Of a stretch of 64,000 nt of DNA, positions 1 to 24,700 are shown in pieces. Origin of the DNA: Podarcis bocagei (Eukaryota); NCBI GenBank assembly GCA_964188305.1, contig OZ076887.1. One strand, given 5' to 3'. Under the pieces are notes generated by a model. That model did not search any database. It was given only the letters and a program-made list of their open reading frames with translations, and was not told where the DNA came from. The stretch's first letter is position 1. Every line of letters begins with the position of its first letter. Made by a program: the position numbers and the translations under genes.

Positions 1-2693
1 GAGCTAAGTACTGAAGGGTCATGAGTGTTTCCCAGAAGCAGAACTGCCAAAAGCACATAAATGGGGAAGAACAAAGGTCAGCTTCATGTACTTGCTATAG
101 ATAGGATTTTTGTGAAGCTGCATTTGTCTTTAAAATTGGGGTAAGATGCTAAGAACAAAGGAATGCTTTCAACATGTGCTCTTGGATACATGCTAGTAAA
201 AAAATGGCATAAATTTTCTCATTGCAAAGTGGAGCTAGGCTGGCAGGATGGAAAGGAAGAGCTTGGCATGGCATGGGTGGGGGGAACCCTAATGCTAGGC
301 AGAGGAGGAATGAAGGAAAGAGCTGGAAAACTGCCAGTGAGATTCACTTGGCTGCATGAGCATTTTCTAACAACTCTTACCCCATGTGGGTGGCTGGGGT
401 AGAAGGCTGGAACAAAAAGGATTAACCCAGGATAGCAAGTTTGGCTGCAATGAAAAACACAGTTCAAGCAAGCAGAGAATCATGAACCAGCTTCAAACCA
501 TGGTTTCATATTCTAATATCCTGGTTGTATATAAGCCATAGTTAGGTGGCTGGGGAGGGTTTGGATGTACAAACTACAGTTAAGTTAAACAGACAAACTG
601 TGGTTTAGTGTTAGGTCTGAACAAGGCCTTGTGTGAAATTGTGACTGCTATGCAGTGATGCCAAGAACTAAACTGTATCTTTAACATACTGCTGTAAGTA
701 TTCATGTCAAAAGATAACTGTTAATAAAAAAAATACAGAAGGATGATGTTTGCATATGTGCATTTCTCACATTTTAGCCAATTTAGTCAAGCATTTGCTT
801 TGTGCTTGCATCTTCACAAGAATTTTTGCCACTTTCAGATGCTGTTTATAAGTACAGGCTGAATTCTACAAGCCCGCTGAACACTCTAGACTATTTCTGA
901 AAATCCCCCTACAGTTCAGAATTGGTTCAGGAGTGGGTAATACTTATCACAGCAAGCCGTGTGGTTTGGCCCTCTTAGAGCACGTCATACAATTAGTAAG
1001 AAGTTCTCAGAGTGCACTTCAACTTTTAGATGTCAAAACATCCCCTATTTTCTCACTTTTCTTTAATCAGGATCCCCCCCCCCCAATCAGGATCTCTTGA
1101 AGCCCTTCTTGGTCACAGAGGTATCATAATAACTTTTATATTTGTGAGTCAAGGAAACAAACCATGTATTTCTGACTGCTAGTAGAAATTCTCCACTACC
1201 AAATCAAAAACTGATGAGGGTGGGAAAGGGTAACATGACTCCTATAGCCCAACGTTCAATTTCATGCCATTTGTTACTTGGGCTGCCTATGCCAATCTGC
1301 ATTATGAGTTAATATGCTAGAAATGTTGATCCCATTTTCGGGCTTTTCCAGCAGTTGAGAACATACTGCACTCCATAATTTTCCAAGTGTCAGAGTTCTG
1401 TGCAGTGTGTTTTATCAAATAGCCATAAATATAAAAGTTAGTCAACACCAAGTACAGAGAAGTTATTCAACCTATCTTAACCCTAGTGTGAAATATAAGC
1501 CAATGCTCATTTATCAATTGAAAGATAAGCAAATTAAAAATAATAAACCACAACCAAAGTGCTGTCTCTATTCGCATGATGATATTTTCTATAGCTGAGT
1601 TTCCCCCTTCTACTTATTTAACTTGAAATAATGCTTAATGCATGGTAAAATGCAGTAGAAAAAAACATCAGTATTTTAAAAGATGCAAAACTCCTTAGAT
1701 GAAGCAAAAAGTTTTATCAGATAAAATGTATTATTTAAGATACTAAAAATAACTTGAGGGCAGATTACTGGATTATGGGAGGTATGTTAGTGCACCAAAA
1801 TTCTTATGATTAGCAGTGTATCACCAGATGGCACTTCTGCTTTATAAAAAATAAGCCCTAGAATATGCTCCAGATAAAGGAACCTCAAGTCCCATTTGCA
1901 TCTCAGGATCCAGAGATCCAAGAAATCCAGGCTACAGAGGTGATTACTAATTCTGTGCCAGGCAATGGTAACTCTATGCCATGCAATGCATTGTTTTTTT
2001 TGTTTTGGAGAGAAGACCGTATGAAATGTAAGAAAGAACTGCAAAACACAACTGCCAAGAGTTAGAGCTCCCATACAATATCAGGAGACGCACAAGCACC
2101 AGAAGACACAGAACAACCATGCATCATGAGGACTGAGCACTTGTAGAGATTTCACTCCACTGATAAATATTAACAGACCACAGGGAGAAGGGGAAGACAG
2201 CAGCAAGCACACTGAGCAAAGAACTCACACAAGAAATACCACGGTCACTACAGTCCACATAATACTACATTAAGAAATAGCTGGTCAGCTAGCTGGTCTA
2301 GTTCCAAGTGCTGGTGCAGCTGTAATCGTCTAAAGACACCAACAGAATGGGGGTGCCATACAAATCAGGGTGCGGGGGACTGGTAACAGAACAAGTGGCA
2401 TAGCTCAATAGTAGAGAAATATGTGGTAATGAGCCCACAGAGAGGGGAATTTACCTCTGGATATGCAGGAATTCTGTTTATCACCAGGCAACTGCAGCTT
2501 TTGAGAAACTAGCCTTCTACGCTCAAGTTCTTTTAGTATCTACGAAGACCTAGAAACTTTATAGCATGAATATCAACAGACTAAAAAAAACACCAAGGTA
2601 TTTGGTTGTTAAACTCTGCTTCTGGGAAGAAAAGGTGCTGTCTATGGAAGACAGGGAAAACTTTTTTTTTTTTGCAAAGCTATAGTATCAGTT

Positions 2694-2706
2694 TGCCCTC
2701 TGGTGG
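2694..2706 (-). promoter_or_regulatory. Candidate CTCF site
   Basis: Minus strand reads CCACCAGAGGGCA, matching the CTCF core. Motif only. Confidence 0.45.
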
Positions 2707-3260
2707 TTAGAAGCATGTGTTAATCACATTTAAGATACATGGGTTGGTCATTAACATCTATGGTAAAGGATATGACTGAGACACCATTTTCACAACCAGG
2801 ATGACGGAGGAATTTGTTCCGTATTTTTCCGATCGTCCTTTCAGCTCAAAATGCAATCATACATTCCTCTGGATTTTGCAATAGTTTTGGTCCAAAAAAC
2901 TTGTGCACAAAAATATGTATTTTATGTAAATAAAGTCATATTAAAAGAGGAAATGCATTCAAAAGCATTGAAATCTGTGTGTTTTGTGGGGAAGTGCATG
3001 TAAAATGCCTATCTTTTAATTTGTCCTAGAATTTCCATTATTGCCACAAAAAACACCCAACCATACATGGCTTCCAAGTTATCTCTAACCCACTGTTTAA
3101 ATATTAAAAGGCTATATATCACACACTGCTAATTGTTTACAATTAAGAGGTGACATACTAAAACATACATCAATGTACTATTAGCTCTAGAGTGGCACAT
3201 CACTCACTAACTAAGCAGGCACACATAGCCAACATTCAAATTACATGCATTTACTGCTAT

Positions 3261-3302
3261 CACATTATTTATGATACAGGCCACATTATTTATGATACAG
3301 GC
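3261..3302. repeat. Perfect 21-bp tandem duplication
   Basis: CACATTATTTATGATACAGGC x2. Confidence 0.9.
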
Positions 3303-4894
3303 CAAGTAATGTCTTTGTCTATGCAAATATCAATACAGAACTAAAAGTTATCTCTCCCTTGAGTAAGAACCATGCAATGATGGAACAGAATACAAAATAT
3401 CAAGTAACAAATTATCAGAAGGAAGCAATTTAATCACAGGGAAGGAAACCAATATATTGAGCCAAATTTCCTCTGCTTGCCACCCACACACAAAAAAAAA
3501 CATTTGCAAGAATTATAAGGAACAATGCACTATAACTGGGAAAATAAATAAAAATATAAATACGGTAAGTAAATAAAAATACAATAAATAAAAAGCAACA
3601 CTCAAAAGTCTGCAAGAGTCCACCAGAAGGTTTGAATACATGAGGAGAACCTGATAAGCACACATTATGGGTAAAATCCAGAAACTCTCTGGGCTGTGCA
3701 ATATCTAGGTTGCATGTATGACGGGGCATCCAGAGTTTAAATGGTTGTGGTAGAAAAGATGCAAACTTTTTTTAGATAACACTTCCACCCTGTATAGTGT
3801 ACTGTAAGTTACAAGGGGAATGACATAGCATATAGCTTATATTTCTCCACAAATCTTCATACACAAGACTACGAAATCTGAAATATTTCAGTCATGGAGA
3901 ATGATCATACAGTTTAGACATAAAATATTTCTTTTGTAAGCAAAATTTACTGGAGTGCAAATAGTCAACAGCAATATTTATTTGAATCATGCATTTCAAA
4001 TATGCACACAGTTCCTGTGTTTTCTTTACAAACTTTTACAGTATTCAAGTAAATTAATGGTCTCTTACTCAAAACCAAGCAAACACCACTGGTGCCAATT
4101 ATTGAGATCTTATAAGGCCGCACCACTGAATCAAATTGAGAAAGGGATAATTTTGAGGAAGCTATTCCTTATTATCAACACATTAGCCCTATTCAGTGAT
4201 GTTCCCATCATGAAATTAGCAATCATGTAAGAGGAAGTGGGGCTCTGTCCACTGGTCCTGTCTTTGTGTCTTCACCTCCAACCTCTCCCTCATTGTAAAC
4301 ACATTGGGGGCAAGATTGCAAAGGGAAAGCCCATCAAGCACATGCAAGCTCTGTACATAAGGGTCGCAGTTGATGGGGAAAAGTTACATGTGTTAGGTGC
4401 GACAGATGCTCCCTCTGCAGATATCCTCAATGTGTTGACGTAAGGCTGCCGAGAATGTGAATGTGCAGGGGAGAGGCCAAAAGCCACATCACGCATCAAC
4501 TCTTCACACAACAGCTAATCCCGTTACAGGAAAACAAATGAACAGGATACTGTTTCGTAAATATATTATCATCTACATATAACCAAATTAATTTACATTT
4601 TGTTTCTATGGTACTATTCTCTTCCTTTTTTTGACATGTTTATGTGTCTGCTTTAAATTCTGCAGCCCAGACTAGAAAGTTGTTATAAAAACCAGTAAAA
4701 CATACTCCTGCTGATAAAATATTTTACACAAACAAATTCAAGATGCTTGGCTACTGAAGTAGATTAATGAAAAACAGCTCTAAAAGCCGTTGCTTTATAG
4801 CACAGTATTGAGGTCTACAAAACCAGTGGCAGAGCTTTTCTCAAGAAGCTCTACACCATGGCTAAATATGAATTGCTGGTTTTGCAGGTGATAC

Positions 4895-15633
<10,739 letters not shown>

Positions 15634-16062
15634 AGTACAAAGCACTTGAATTAACTCAAGTGCCAGTTAAAAATTACTGTTGCACATGCCAGAGGGGCTC
15701 AGCAAATATTTGCTACAGCTGCAAAGAGAAGAGTTTATTTCATAATTAGGCTAAAACTACAAACTCAGTTTACTTATACATCCACATGAAATATTTATAA
15801 ATGCACTGTAAAAGCACAATTAGTTAAAAGAGTAATAAGGAAGATTATAAATAATGATTATAAATAATAACTGAATCATTGAATTGTAGAGTACTTTCCC
15901 CAGACTTGAGCTCGATCTGTAGTATGCGTTTCCAGAAGCAGTATTAATATTCAAGAGGGACACACCTCTCACACACAACTAAAAAACATTGCCAAACTCC
16001 CCCCCCCCCCGCCCCTTAACTCAAGAGGCAGCACAACCACCATTTCACCAACACCTCAAACT

Positions 16063-16125
16063 GAGAATTGTAGAGTTGGAAGGGACTCCCAGGGTCGTCT
16101 AGTCCAACCCTCTGCAACGCAGCAA
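16063..16125 (-). mobile_element. CR1-type 3' tail fragment
   Basis: agaattgtagagttggaagggac...tctagtccaacc is the reverse of the CR1/SINE tail also seen near 19350, 48310 and 54190. Confidence 0.6.
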
Positions 16126-17100
16126 CCTCAACCCGCGCTCCCCGATCCAATTCGAAACCAACCTGGACCCGGTTCAGCTTTGCAAATGTGCGAGCAGTTT
16201 TTCGGAGGGCCACGTTTCTACGAAAGAAAGGGACGGTCGTGCGTTTAGAGACTGAAGGAAACGACTTTTTGTAAACAAAGACCTGGAAATATGATTAAAC
16301 CGTGATATAAAAATATTGAAAACAAAAAAAGGATTAGCTGAATGAGAAACTGTTCCCAGGACAAACTTTGCTTTTGCAGAGACCTCACCAATGCGACAGG
16401 AAGAAGGGAGAGCGGGCGAGAGGTCTCAAGCAGAGGAGCCCCTTTCCCTCGCTCGTTAATGGCAGCAGCTGAGGGGTCAGGAAGGGGAGTTTTACCATTC
16501 GGTGAGGGGGCTGTGGGTGGCGGGTTGCTTTTTTATTTTATTTTATTTTTGCATCCCCTCGTTTCTCTCTCGGCAGGCCCGCTTCCTATCGGCCGGGGAG
16601 GGAGCTAGCCCACAACACGCGTGGAGAGCCAACCCCGCCCCAACGGTCCTCTTCAGCCGTTGAGGGGCTGCTCTCCCAAACCGTCGGCTAAAGCAGGACG
16701 CTGAACGAAGCCCGCCCCGCAGCACGAGCGCCCCGCGCGGAGACCGAAGCAGCTCCCGGAGGGGAAACTCACCCGCCCCCGCGAGACTTCTCTCTCACAG
16801 ACACCCGCGCGCGGACGCCGAAGCGAGAGATGAGCGGAAAGACGCCGAGCGCGAGACAAGGACTCAGCGCAATCAAACCTTGGCACTCCCTCTCTCGATT
16901 GGGTGAGCGGGAAGAGGCGTGGCTTCGCTCTGCAGCCAATCCCGCAGCGATAAGGCGCCGTTTCTGGTTTGCCGCGACGCGAGCCCAACCGTAGGAGAGA
17001 CGCTTTCTGACCGCGGGGGATGATGGGAAGCGGCAGCGCGCTCTAATCGATCGGCGGCAGAATCCCCGGGGTGCTGTTGCGTCCGCTGTGTGCACAGAGG
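16100..17100 (-). promoter_or_regulatory. MTFR2: MTFR2 CpG-island promoter and non-coding exon 1 (ends at 16773)
   Basis: CpG-dense. Minus-strand donor GTGAGT at 16767-16772; CCAAT boxes at 16898-16902 and 16936-16940; E2F-like GCGGGAA (16907-16913) and TTTGCCGC (16968-16975). Confidence 0.75.
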
Positions 17101-17895
17101 CAGTGTCTTATATATGTTAAACATACGTCAGCGAGGGGTTGTGGTTTTAGTTGCACTTCTAGCTGCTTTTATGGGAGATAGCACACAAGACAAAAGCTAT
17201 AATCGCCTAATATTTCATCAAGTACCTATTGAAGCCAATGAAAACTTAACAACCGTTGCCATCCCTACCATTATTATATTTATTTATTTGTATCCCGCCT
17301 TTCCCTTTGACAGCGAATCAAGGCGGCTTAGGTGAGCCAATTGCCACACAAAGCTGCCATGGCAGCCCCTCAGCCATTCCTCTAGAGGTCCACTAGCCTA
17401 TTGGAGAACGAAGTTGTGTGCCACAAATCTTTTGTGCACCACCCTAAGCTAACAGGACTATCAAAGCTCCACTCAGGTGCATTGGAGGATGCTATCCCAT
17501 CACCAGAGCTGAAGATTCAAGTTCCGCTTCTCTACATGCTCAGGAAGCTAAACCCTAGGGAATAGTGTATACTACAAATCAATTGTTTCCTGGTGGGCTA
17601 TGCAAATATCTAAAACAGGAGTGCAATTATGAACATGCTAATGAACAGTATTACTAGATTTCACCTTCCTAAATTTAATTTTTGTGCAAAGGAAAATTCC
17701 AGGTTTCAACTTGCTTTATTTTCAAATTTAGTCTTGATTATTGCTATAAATCCCCTTCCCACAGTACGAGCCTGCTTAAAGTGTATGAGCTCCCACCACT
17801 AAACACTCTGTTGCCTGTTGTAAAGATGCCAGGTGTGCTTTCACTCCCAAGTTGCACGCTTTTTCTCTGCTTGCAACATTCACTGTTAACAGATA

Positions 17896-18137
17896 CAGTG
17901 GTACCTCTGGTTACGTACTTAATTTGTTCCGGAGGTCCGTTCTTAACCTGAAACTGTTCTTAACCTGAAGCACCACTTTAGCTAATGGGGCCTCCTGCTG
18001 CTGCTGTGCCGCCGCCACGCAATTTCTGTTCTCATCCTGAAGCACAGTTCTTAACCCGAGGTACTATTTCTGGGTTAGTGGAGTCTGTAACCTGAAGCGT
18101 ATGTAACCTGAAGTGTATGTAACCCAAGGTACCACTG
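17896..18137. mobile_element. Tc1/mariner (Tigger-like) MITE
   Basis: TA TSD; TIRs CAGTGGTACCT ... AGGTACCACTG; internal TAACCTGAA repeats. Confidence 0.85.
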
Positions 18138-19011
18138 TACGATATTGTCTCAAGAAAGCAATGCCTTCAGGTTTACCTTAGTGCTTAACCACTACTGGCA
18201 CTGTGATTGTTCCATAGTCCAAGAAACAAGCTTCTCATCTGGTTCAGAAAAATCTTGTTTCCAAATTGAGATTGTGTCTGTAGTCACTCCGATCTGTCAC
18301 ATCTTGAATCTATGGCCAATTGCAGCTTCCTGGAACATGTCTCTGTGTAGCTCTCCTTTAAACATTATGTTCATCAGGAAACACTGAAGCAGTTTCAGTC
18401 ATGTAAACACTGAATTAGTCCTGCATGTCAAAACACATACCTTATTTCACTTGTAGTGATCTCAAGTCTGACAGGGCCTTCCTTGTTTGCTACTTTGCTC
18501 AGTCAAAGTGGTTTGGAAGTCTGTATCACCACATCCATGCTTTTTACCCTTGTTCATCGTAATGTATTTGGTTCTTAAATTTAAGCCAAAACAGAAACTA
18601 AAGAATGCTATTCCAGGCCTTGCTGCTCACTGCATTTGCTCTTTGGTTTTCCCCAATGCTCAAATTCTGTGCCATAGCTCATTCTTCTTGCCATTTCTGA
18701 ACTAGTGCTGTGTGTGCCTGACTACTTGGGATTTTCACCAATATGTAGGATGGTGCAGATGCTTTTGTTACTTTTACACTAATCTTCCAAGTTTTGATAT
18801 AAATATATCTAATACACTACAAACTTTCCATCTCCTGCCACATTATAAAACAAACCAACACATTTATGTCGAAGTCATTTATTTTCATTTATCAGTTCTT
18901 TCTGGAACAGTACAAGTGGTATCACCAACACATTTTTTAAGGTGGCTGAGTTTGAATAAAGAAATAGAGCAGAAGAAGTCTGGTGTATGAGAAGGTAGAT
19001 GGAGGTGGTCA

Positions 19012-19093
19012 GTTGTTTGTTGTTGTTTAGTCGTGTCCGACTCTTCGTGACCCCATGGACCAGAGCACGCCAGGCACTCCTGTCTTCCACTGC
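19012..19093 (-). mobile_element. BovB/RTE LINE 3' end
   Basis: Minus strand encodes RSAWRALVHGVTKSRTRLN, followed by a (CAA)n-like tail. Confidence 0.8.
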
Positions 19094-19346
19094 TTTTATA
19101 TCATATGTCTGAGTGCTCTTGTGCTTGAATTCTGCTTGTGGGTCTCCCACAGACATCCAGCTGGCCACTGTGAAAAGGATGCTGGGCTAGATGGGCTCTT
19201 TTTATGTTCTCATGTTAGTAACTAAGTTGAGCCCACTGATTTTAATGGGTCTGCTCATATGATTTAGCCAGAGACAATCTATTGCTCCCAATGTTGCAAA
19301 TCTATGCTACTGTTGTAAATAGATGACTTCTGAGCTAATCTACCTT

Positions 19347-19550
19347 AGAATCATAGAACTGTAGAGTTGGAAGAGACCCTGAGGGTCATCTAGCCTAAAG
19401 CGTCCAGGACAGATGGCCATCCAACCTCTGCTTAAAAACTTCCAATGAAGGATGGTCCACCATGTTCTGAGGGACTTCGTTCCTCTTTCAAACAATTCTT
19501 ACTGTCAAAAAGTTATTCCTAATGTTTAGTTGTAAACTCTGTTCTTGTAA
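19347..19550 (-). mobile_element. CR1 LINE 3' fragment
   Basis: agaatcatagaactgtagagttggaag terminal octamer-like repeats, then cagatggccatccaacctctgcttaaaa. Confidence 0.7.
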
Positions 19551-19984
19551 CCTTGCTTGTTTAAAATAGGCACTGTGCTTCCACCCAAGGACTTATAAAA
19601 AAAATCCTGTGTGATCTGTGACTAGATTAAGAAAGCATAAATCTCCCTTTTAGATCCAAACTACAGTTTTATAAAGGAGATGCATGGTCGTATATTACAA
19701 AAGCCTAGAATTTATTTTGTGAAAACAAGTAATTTGGACAGCTGTATCTAGACTTCTTGGTTACTTAACCCAACAAGGTAAGAATAAATTAGGCTGCATC
19801 CATAATACCCATCTGCTTGTGCAACAAAGCTTCCAATTTCTCCCCTTTCACCCCCCGAGCTCCCCAAAATTGCTCCATAGGGTTCCCCAACTCTCTGGAA
19901 CAGATTTGGGGGGGCTGAAGGGAGAACAGGAAAGAGAAGCTCTGTTGTGATGTCATAATGTAGACCATAATCTTCATATCACAG

Positions 19985-21733
19985 TTTACCTTACAAAAAA
20001 ATGATTTATTTTACTACTGAATACAGTACTTTGCACATTACCATTAAGATACTGAGCAGGATGTGCTCAACGGTACACCTCAATGCTTTGCATTTATAGA
20101 TGCCATTCAGTCTAATACCTGGCAGCAGGACTAGAGAAGACGGTAGTCTGAATCTCTCAATAGCTGATGGCAGTCAGAGTACAAGTACCAACAGTGTGAC
20201 TTTCAGAACTTACTGGCCTTCAGCTTTTAAATGGACACATGAATTCAAGTTTGGCTTAAATTACTCTTTCAATATGTGGTTTTTAAATGTAAAATAGAAT
20301 GTCAGACTTTCCCCCAAGAATCTTTATAGCTTAGACTTAAACATACACAGCTTTAATAATGTTTCTATGATGTGTTGGACCTGCAAATGAAAGTCTCTTG
20401 TCATTTTAGAATTTTCACATCTTTATTCCACTGAAGACTGAAAACATGAAGATATCCAAATGGTCAAGTTATTTATCTGAAGAAAACCCACGGAAAATAC
20501 TATTTTACAAACTGGGGAAAAGATTGATACATTTGGTAGCTGGATCAATATTGCCATGAGTTTTCTGGCCAACACTTTCACGAGATGTCAGTGAGTCTTC
20601 CTCTAATGTTCCTGCAGTAATAATGTCATTTCGTTATACACACTGCTTAAATGTTATAAATGGATAGCATCTAGTGCTTTACATAAGACTATGTTTATTA
20701 TGCATGTAAACTCGGGGGGGGGGGGACACTGAAACATGCTTGTGTTAAAGGTAACTTTTTCACTACAATTTACCTCTTTCTGTCGTACGCCTAAAGGTTT
20801 GGAATGTAGGACAAGTCTTCTTGTAAGAAAAGTATGCAGAAGGTCAATCTACTTTTAGTGCTGTTGCACAAACAGTTGAGGCATTTCCCCATTAGCAGTA
20901 AGGGTATGTGGACGGAGAAACGTAGCACCTGTTAAGCTACAGCTCTACTTGTCAGATCTAGATCAGTTCAGAAGAGAACTCCCATCGTGTTCTAGAAATG
21001 TGAATGTATGAGAGAATTAATAAGATCCCAACACTGACTTGCATAATGTCCTATTTGCACTCATTTTTCAGAAAATGGGATACAAAAGATAGCAAAGTAC
21101 TCAGGTTCTCAAACGTGATCAATAGCAAGCTTTGTGAAAACAGATTGCAAATCCTTAATCTTGCAGTGCTGTTCAAATGTTGAGACATTTGGTGGCTGCA
21201 TTAAACAAATTATTAGTCTCCCACCCCAAATCAGTCAAAGTAATATTATGCTGCAATTTAAACATAAGCCACACAAATAAAAAGTTCAGGAAATTACTAG
21301 CTCCATCATAGAATTGATCTTTAGTACTGATTTATTTTAAAACGCTGCCTCAAGATTTAGATGTGCAGACCTAAGTTTTACTTTAGAATAAACACAGCTG
21401 TGGAAGGGGCAATGAAATACAACTTTCAGGGTTCTCTCACCATATATTCTGGACAAAGCAAAGTTACACTGCTTATAACAATCAGTAAACATTTTTAAAA
21501 GTTGCTCATGACAAATAGTATTGTACTTTTTCTACTTGCTTTTGTATAATCATCAACAGTTACTATTTAGTGAGATTGCAAAAGAACAAAAAACAAAAAC
21601 TAAACTAAACTACTCTCCAACAATAAAATTTAAGTAAAATGCTTACATTCATTTGAAGACAAGTCATATTATAACGCTGTGTAGATAGCACATAGATGTT
21701 TTCAGCTGTAGTTCATCTTCAAATTTACTATTC
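19985..21733 (-). other. BCLAF1: BCLAF1 terminal exon: GAA TAG (21728-21733) plus about 1.7 kb of 3' UTR
   Basis: Acceptor tttttgcacag. Repeat-free, U-rich sequence with minus-strand AATAAA at 20005-20010 and others near 20422, 20694 and 21331. The UTR end is inferred. Confidence 0.7.
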
Positions 21734-24700
21734 CTGTGCAAAAAGAGATGAAAATGTTTGCACTATTTACACTTTGGATTTTTAAGCCATTTAAAATTAG
21801 AATTAGAATTCATAGAGCAATAAAGGAGTTCATAAACCAGAACTACTTACTTTTTCTTCTTTACGTCTCTCCTTGTCTTCATTTTCCATTGTTTCTTCTT
21901 CATCTTCCACAAGCCCATCCCCTTGGTATTTGTCATGTGTCCACTTTGGACTGCTACCTGATTTTTTGAAGTTGAATCTTCCTCTGCTACGCTGGAAAGT
22001 GCCACGACCTCTTCCTCTTTTAGCCCAGTAATCTACACCATCATCTCTGTCATCATGCTAGAGTAAAACATGGATTAACAATGGAAAATTAAGCATCTAA
22101 CACACTTTATTTGGAAAAGTTTAAACTGCCTGCTTCACATAGCTAAAAACTGTAGCTGAGTCATTTGTTCTTGATGTTCTGAAGCATACAGACATACAAA
22201 ATTGCCCGATATCAAGTTAGAATATTGGGTCCATCAAACTCAGCATTGTCCATTTGGACTGGAAAGCTTGTGCAAAACTATGTCTTGGGTAGAGGCATCT
22301 CCCAGAGCTGCTACCAAAGTTCCCTTAATTGGAGATGCCAGTGATTAAATTTAGTGTGTTAGATATACAAAGCATACGCTGTACCACTGATCTAAGGGCC
22401 CTCATCAATTTGAAGGAACACAGAACAGATTATTCATAGTTTTAGGTGCAACAAAATATCTTAGTCATTTGCACAGGCTTCTGCTTGTCTGATTCAATAT
22501 AAATTGTCTATGATTCAATTATCTATACTACACCCTCGGGTTTACCAGTACTAATTGATGGAATGCAAAAATGTATGGGAAGAAACAGTAAATAATGGGT
22601 TAATATACATATTTTCTGAAAAGTCACATGGCAGGTTTTGCTACATCAAAAAAATCAAAGAAAACTAACCATGCCCACCGTATCATTCTCTCAATTTCCA
22701 ATGTTGAGGAATGAGTGTGGTTGCAACTATAACTTATATAGTCAAAACTCAGAGGAACTCCCAAGATTTGCAGAAGTACAAAAAAACAGAATAAAGTGGA
22801 GGATTCCCAAAACAGCCCAATTAGGGCTAGGTATGTACAATGCCTACAAAATGTTGGCTGACTGCTGGAGGAGGGGGAAAGGGGAACAAGCACTGTTAAC
22901 ATTTTGTTGCAGATCACACTTACATTACATTTTTTGATTTTCATCTATAAAAATCTGCCAAGTGAGCAATCAGAAAGATTTTACACAGAAATGCAAGTTC
23001 CCAATATTGACATAGTGTGTAGACCATGAAACAGAACACAGGACAGAGAAGGCTATTCAGATATAGCCTTGACTTTCTTCCCAATGCAAACAGGCTAAAA
23101 ACAAGTTAAGGAATTGCAAAGCCCAAATCACTTTGGATAGACGACAGGACTTCAGTGGCCTCCTTGAATGGATGCTTTTACTTTCCCTCCAATAAATGAA
23201 TTGCTACTGGAAATGCTACTCTGGGGGCAACCCTTTGGGGGATAAACTTGCCCATTGCCTGACACTGGACGACCAGGCTAACACTGATAGGGAAGGCATG
23301 AATAACTCTCTTTTACCTCATAAAAGCAGCACAAGGTTATGGTGCAGGTAAAGTTTGTTGTAAACACCCCCCCCCCAAAAAAAACACACCTGGGTCTAAG
23401 GTGCATCAGGAGAGAATACAATGCAAAAATGTGCTTTTCTTTCTAGTCATATATTGACCAAAGGCTTTTGGTCAGGGAAGCATTTATAACTTCCTCAGGG
23501 CCTAAAAGGTACTTGGGGGAGGCGGTTGGGGTGACCAGGGCAAGATTTTAATGTTTATTCAACTGAAACCAGTGGTGCAGTTACTATCGGTTTCTCTCAC
23601 AGGTCTTATGCAAGCCAAACACCTTACAGTTGCAGGTATTACAACTGTGAAATCTGCTATAGAATAAGGTATTTACAACTTTGTATTGCAGGAGTAAGTC
23701 AGGCACCCCCAAACTCGGCCCTCCAGCTGTTTTGGAACTACAACTCCCATCATCCCTAGCTAACAGGACCTGTGGTCAGGAATGATGGGAATTGTAGTCC
23801 CAAAACATCTGGAGAGCAGAGTTTGGGGACGCCTATTGTAAGTGCTAGACTTTCTTTCCTTTTCTCTTCACAACTGACAAGCAAGAGGTTGTGCAAAAAG
23901 ACCTGTCTTCTACTGCTAGTCATTTCTTATCAGCCTACGTAGACGGATATAAAAGCAAGTATGAGCTCTAATGCTCCCCCTATAGGACTCTTAAGATTCT
24001 TCAAATGATAGAAGATGCTTTAGATATTGCCTACATAAATTTGCTTATAAGACAAGCTTTGAGAAAAGATGCATGCATAATAGTATGGCACCCACCAAGA
24101 AGTATTTCTTGCTTTTTGGGGTATATTCAGGATCCCATTCCTCCTCCTTCGGTCTCTTTTGAAAAGTAGTGTTTGAGTTGCTGGGACCAGTATTTGTTCC
24201 AGCAAACACGCCTCTGGCTCTTCCTCTGCCCCTAATTCGAAACTGATTAACCAAAGCATTTATGCATTTAATTTGTTTACACAAAGCAAATGATAAATCC
24301 CTAATGCATGAACTAATATGCTTTGTTATCATTCATCAGATAATACCACACACAAATGAAGTGGCTTATGGATCAATCTACAGAATTTAACAGCCACTTT
24401 AAGGTAATGGCATTTTAGCTAGCAGAAGAGCGTTTACATTTTTTTTTTAAAGGGGCGTATCCAAGATAACACTTTGAAAAAGTAGTATATGATAGTGATA
24501 AATTTCTAATGTCTAGTATTCCACGGAAAACACAAAATTCAGCAATTTTTGCTGATGCTTCTAGTTCTCCAAAGAAGCAGCTTAAAAGCCTAGCTTTGAA
24601 GGATGGAGAAATTAAACACATGTGTTCGGGAGTTACTGTTCTCTTACTGCACATTACAATGAACAATCAAAGTCTGGTAGTCTAGAATATTCAACATAAA

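Noticed and set aside
219-467. ORF containing QTCYPGLILF, resembling ARMC1 QGCLPGLILF (ARMC1 neighbours the paralogue MTFR1)
   Set aside because: The similarity does not extend past 10 residues, the position is on the wrong side of MTFR2 for the paralogous arrangement, and the context looks repeat-derived. Probably chance; TBLASTN with ARMC1 would settle it.
18145-18870. Purine-rich minus-strand stretch that could be a decayed coding sequence between MTFR2 and BCLAF1
   Set aside because: Frequent stops and no recognisable homology; I cannot support a pseudogene call without a search.
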